A stretch of DNA of 63,968 bases, the filler included, from Rhabdomonas costata (lineage: Eukaryota), in NCBI GenBank assembly GCA_019059605.1. It is 29 parts of 29 records of this genome, joined end to end, with 100 filler letters (N's around TTAATTAATTAA, not from the genome) between each part and the next. Parts side by side here need not be neighbours in the genome. Positions count along the whole stretch, not along the records: positions 59,894 to 62,010 come from JAHMHO010005511.1; positions 62,111 to 63,968 come from JAHMHO010005553.1; 27 more parts are not named here. One strand, given 5' to 3'. Numbering within the stretch: the first letter of the stretch is position 1; every line of letters starts with the position of its first letter. Both the position numbers and the translations under genes were made by a program. Below, piece after piece: positions 60,350-63,968 of the stretch. Under the pieces are notes generated by a model. That model saw only the letters and a program-made list of their open reading frames with translations, ran no database searches and was not told the origin of the DNA.

Positions 60350-61620
60350 CAAACACTTCAGGAAGTCTGCTCTACGTGTTCCGTTCTAAAGCCGGCCGAC
60401 AAGCCTTGCACTTGGTGTTTGAGCTGGGAGCGGATGACCCTCCAACGTTGGCTCGGGGCTTCCCCGAACCCAGTCCGCCTTTGTCTTCCTCAGGGCCGGC
60501 TTTGAACTCTGTTGAATCGCTGGATTAAGGTATACCACGCGCGAACGTGGCAGCGGTTGGCAAACCTGGATGAGAGGACGTTCAGGCAGTTGGGGAAGCT
60601 TCACCCCGCTGGTCCCTGGCACAGCCTGGTGAATTTAAAAAACACATGTCCTTTTCTGTTCCGGTTGATGGTCCTTGTGCTCCTTCCTACACCATTCCAC
60701 CCGCTTTTGTGCGTAGGGCACTTTTGGGACTCGTCCCGCCGGGTCTCTTCAAGTTGATCCATTATTTGAGGATAAAAAAAGCAGTTGCTCAAACAACGCA
60801 AATTTCTGGAACGCCTGCGGCGGTTCCCTGATCCTCAAGTCGCCCGCACGATGCTCAGGGTTTGCCTTGGGTTCAAAAAAGTCACCCACCTGCTCCGTGT
60901 TCTGTGGGGTCCCCGGGCGCTGGATTTTCGCAGAAGACATCGAAGCCCTCGAGGAAATCATCGGCTGCGGGCTCGATGTTAACGCCTGGCTCCAAAGTGG
61001 CCTGCCGGTGAAACTCGGGGGCCTTGTTTTCTCGCACCCCACTTTGGTGCACATTGCGGCATTCCGCTCCTCCAGCCTCTTTGACTCCACGGGGTCCTTT
61101 TCTGAGGATGGAGAGGCCGCCTCACCAGACGACGCTCTCTGGGAGTACGCTTCCAGCACCACCTGGGGACATTTGGACCCAGTGGCTCCAAGACGGAGCG
61201 CTACCGCCCACGGCCACCCTGGAAAAGGAGGGATAGCTCCACCAAAAGTCCTGGACGAACAACTGTAGCCCAAGCCCAGGGGCTTCTGGATTGTGTGGGC
61301 CGTCGAGACTGTGTCCACCTCTTCCGCGCGCGCGCGCGAGAGAGAGAGAGAGCCACACGCAGGTGCATGGCTAACTTGCACCCTTCGCGCCTCACTGGTT
61401 TTTGGTGCTTCGACTGCACTGGGGACTTCCCCTGCTGGAGGAGAGTGCAGTGGGCAGTGCCTGCCGAGCATCCGGTGAAGCCCTTGATCTCTTTGGGGTT
61501 CATCTCGCGTCCTGTCGGCACTCCGGTGGTTGTGTGGTGCGGCATAACACCTTGCGGTCCGCAGTGGGTTGTTTCCTGGGGTGTGCCGGGTAAGGTTCGC
61601 GGTCGTAGCACTGGTTCGGG
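60350..61620 (+). mobile_element. Decayed CRE-clade non-LTR retrotransposon (post-RT region and CCHC knuckle)
   Basis: DPQVARTMLRVCLGFKKVTHLLR, AWLQSGLPVKLGGL...AAFRSS, AGAWL and LDLFGVHLASCRHSGGCVVRHNTLR occur in order across frameshifts. Confidence 0.8.
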
Positions 61621-62746
61621 TTAAACGCTGTGTCGGTCACCCTCTGCCTCTTTTACCCACACCCACTCACTTTCCTCAATTCACGCTGCGGTTGGTTAGC
61701 GAAGAAGGCCAGGTCCTTCGGGCCGCAGGCGCCGAAGGTGTCAATGCCCCTGTAACCCTCCTGTGGCGGAGGGACACAGCCCGCATGCGTATATCATTCC
61801 TACATACCTCCTTCTGTTGGTCGGTCTTCTGGCCCCTGCTTTGTAGAATTGTACATAGTGCCACTTTTGCCTGTTGCCTGTTTACTCTCCACAGCTATGG
61901 GCGATGGCCTGGAGGCAGTACAGCCCACTGCTGTGAACTGTCGGCACCCCGTTTGCGCGTGCCCTTTGTTTGTGAGATTCCAAAAAAAAAACACCAAACA
62001 CACCCACCACNNNNNNNNNNNNNNNNNNNNNNNNNNNNNNNNNNNNNNNNNNNNTTAATTAATTAANNNNNNNNNNNNNNNNNNNNNNNNNNNNNNNNNN
62101 NNNNNNNNNNCCATCCGCATCACCCGGGACTCATCTAGCCGTGTTGGGGCAAGCGGGCGGATGGGTGAGAGTGTGTTGCATTGGTCTGATTAAGCCCCCT
62201 TTATGCATGCATTTGCATCCGTTTTCTTTTTGCATGCTAGTGGTCGAGATAGCGTCTAGGCAGTTGTTGCCGACCCTGCCGCTAGTCCTATCTTCGCGTG
62301 CGTGCATTGAGATCCGAGGGCTCCCATCTATTTGTTTCCTTTTGGGATACTATAGTGTCAGTATCGGCGCATTGCATGCGCACCCATTGCTATTCTTCCC
62401 TCCCTGCCACTCTCTACCTGATAATATCCAACCACAACTTGCTGATTCGCTCTAGTCGTTTCTCTCACCATTTTCGTCAGTTAATGTTCTCTCTACGGAC
62501 GTCACCGCCACCGAGAAGAGAGAGGAGCTGCGCATCTTCAGAACAGACGGAAATGAAATCGTGGGTGTCAATGAGTATTGCGTGAGCGAGGCGATGAAAG
62601 GGTGAGATGAAAGGGTGGTGGTGGTGAAAGGGTGGGCAGGGTGGTAGTGATAGGAAACACGCCACGACCTGGGGAAGCAAATGGTGATGGTAGAAACTGA
62701 AGAGGCAGCGAAAGCACATCGATATGAGGTACACAATCCCAACACA

Positions 62747-63116
62747 TCGACTGGCTTCCCCAATGGCAAGGGCGGAAGGGGGCACACCCCCAGCACAAGC
62801 CGTGTCATCCAGCAGGTTGTGACTCCGGGCAATCCAATCCGTGGTGCTGCTGTAGGTGGCGGAAGCCTGCTGCTGCACCAGCCGTGCCTGCGAGCCCTGG
62901 GTGTGCTCCGCCAGCGTCTCCTTGAACGGGGACCGACCCAAAGAAGACCCCGTGATCATCGGAGCTGTAGAGGTCAGCCCGAGATCCATTTCTCTCAGCT
63001 CAACTGCCGGACAGAAAGAAGAAGCGTTATAATAACACAGACCCGGAGACTGCGGCCGGTCCACTTGGACCTGCTTTTCGGTAACTTCTTTGCTTTTTTC
63101 AGTCACAGTCTCACAC
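62747..63116 (-). CDS. Possible exons of an unknown low-complexity protein
   Basis: An open frame with a 39-nt GT-AG intron-like insert (63041-63003). No family is recognised. Confidence 0.3.
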
Positions 63117-63968
63117 TAAACAGAGAAAACGGAACCTGCCATCCAAGCAGAACGGCAAAAAGATGGAAGATTTTCAACACAAGCAACTACTGCGTCAATG
63201 GAGAAATATTGTCTGACGCCTGATATTATGATGGAATGCTAAGGGGCACTTCGGACACTTCAAGGTGCGTCTCAGAAGTGCGAGGAAGGAAGGCCTGGGC
63301 CGTATACTCTCCAATGCCGACTTTGGCTTGGGTGCATGAAATCCATGAACGATCTCCCATCGCGATGTGTTACGTGGATCAAGCATGACAGAGGTCACAT
63401 TCGGCAGCTGCCCCTCATTTGCTCGTGTAAGCAAGGTAGACCCGTTCGTTTCGCGATTTGCGTTAACATTTGCACACTACAATCATTCCAAACTGAATGC
63501 AACACTTTTAGGTGGTTCGATTATGAAATTCCAGTTTTGCAAAAGGAAAGCGCACAACGGAAATCAACAAGCAACAGGGGCACTCTACGCGAAACCTGAA
63601 AGGGTATGACAACAATATCGATATCTTCTGATTACAAGCACACAGCTCACAGGCACCCTTTCTCTCTGCCCGGGCCATATTTCACAGCAAGACTCAGTCC
63701 GAGACAACAGAGAAAGAACATCTAAACCTGTACACGGACCGAACGAACTTGGTAAAATGAAACCGGTACACTTCAGGCGAAGGCTACAGTCTTAATCGAA
63801 CAGTCGGACATCGGACAGCCAAAACGCTTACGTTCACCCCAAGCAATGCCCAGGGTCAGAAGCCAAGCACAGCGCACCCAGCGCCCACTCGGGGCCAGAG
63901 CAAGTTCCTCCTCCGTGGCATCGATGGGTTAAAACTCACCTTTTACAACCAAGAGGTGATGAAGACGA

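Noticed and set aside
2121-62110. Regularly spaced TTAATTAATTAA motif as a biological repeat array, and gene clusters across neighbouring contigs
   Set aside because: The motif is an artificial six-frame-stop linker inside N runs. Adjacent contigs are unrelated, and ORFs running into X residues are artefacts.

Overview
This window is not one locus. It is 29 unrelated contigs of about 2.1 kb joined by an artificial 100-nt linker (44 N + TTAATTAATTAA + 44 N), so gene neighbourhood means nothing across linkers. The DNA is intron-rich eukaryotic nuclear sequence read in the standard code. It is most likely from a euglenid (Euglenozoa), judging by GT-AG and GC-AG introns, one stem-forming non-canonical intron, and euglenozoan-style adenylate cyclases and LRR proteins. 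G/T-only contig starts and A/C-only contig ends suggest whole-genome amplification. By manual splicing I recognise fragments of UGGT, a GT34 glycosyltransferase, a GH18 chitinase, Hydin, CZIB/DUF866, a membrane histidine kinase, a MAPR cytochrome-b5 protein, TRRAP/Tra1, a WSC protein, three class III nucleotide cyclases, a midasin-like AAA ATPase, and LRR and MFS proteins. There are also decayed DIRS-order, Merlin and CRE-clade transposons and a tRNA-His-like relic. The most unusual signals are: (1) three strand-specific hairpins with tandem sheared G.A pairs and a repeated GAGCGTA...GGAGCGA scaffold (6207-6319), at the edge of strongly skewed low-complexity DNA that may come from an ssDNA-stage replicon; (2) a non-GT-AG intron closed by an 11-bp stem in the MAPR gene (35737-36683); (3) a CZIB homologue lacking both CXXC motifs; (4) a Cys-rich module shared by two unrelated extracellular proteins. 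All protein identities come from motif recognition by eye, not from database searches.
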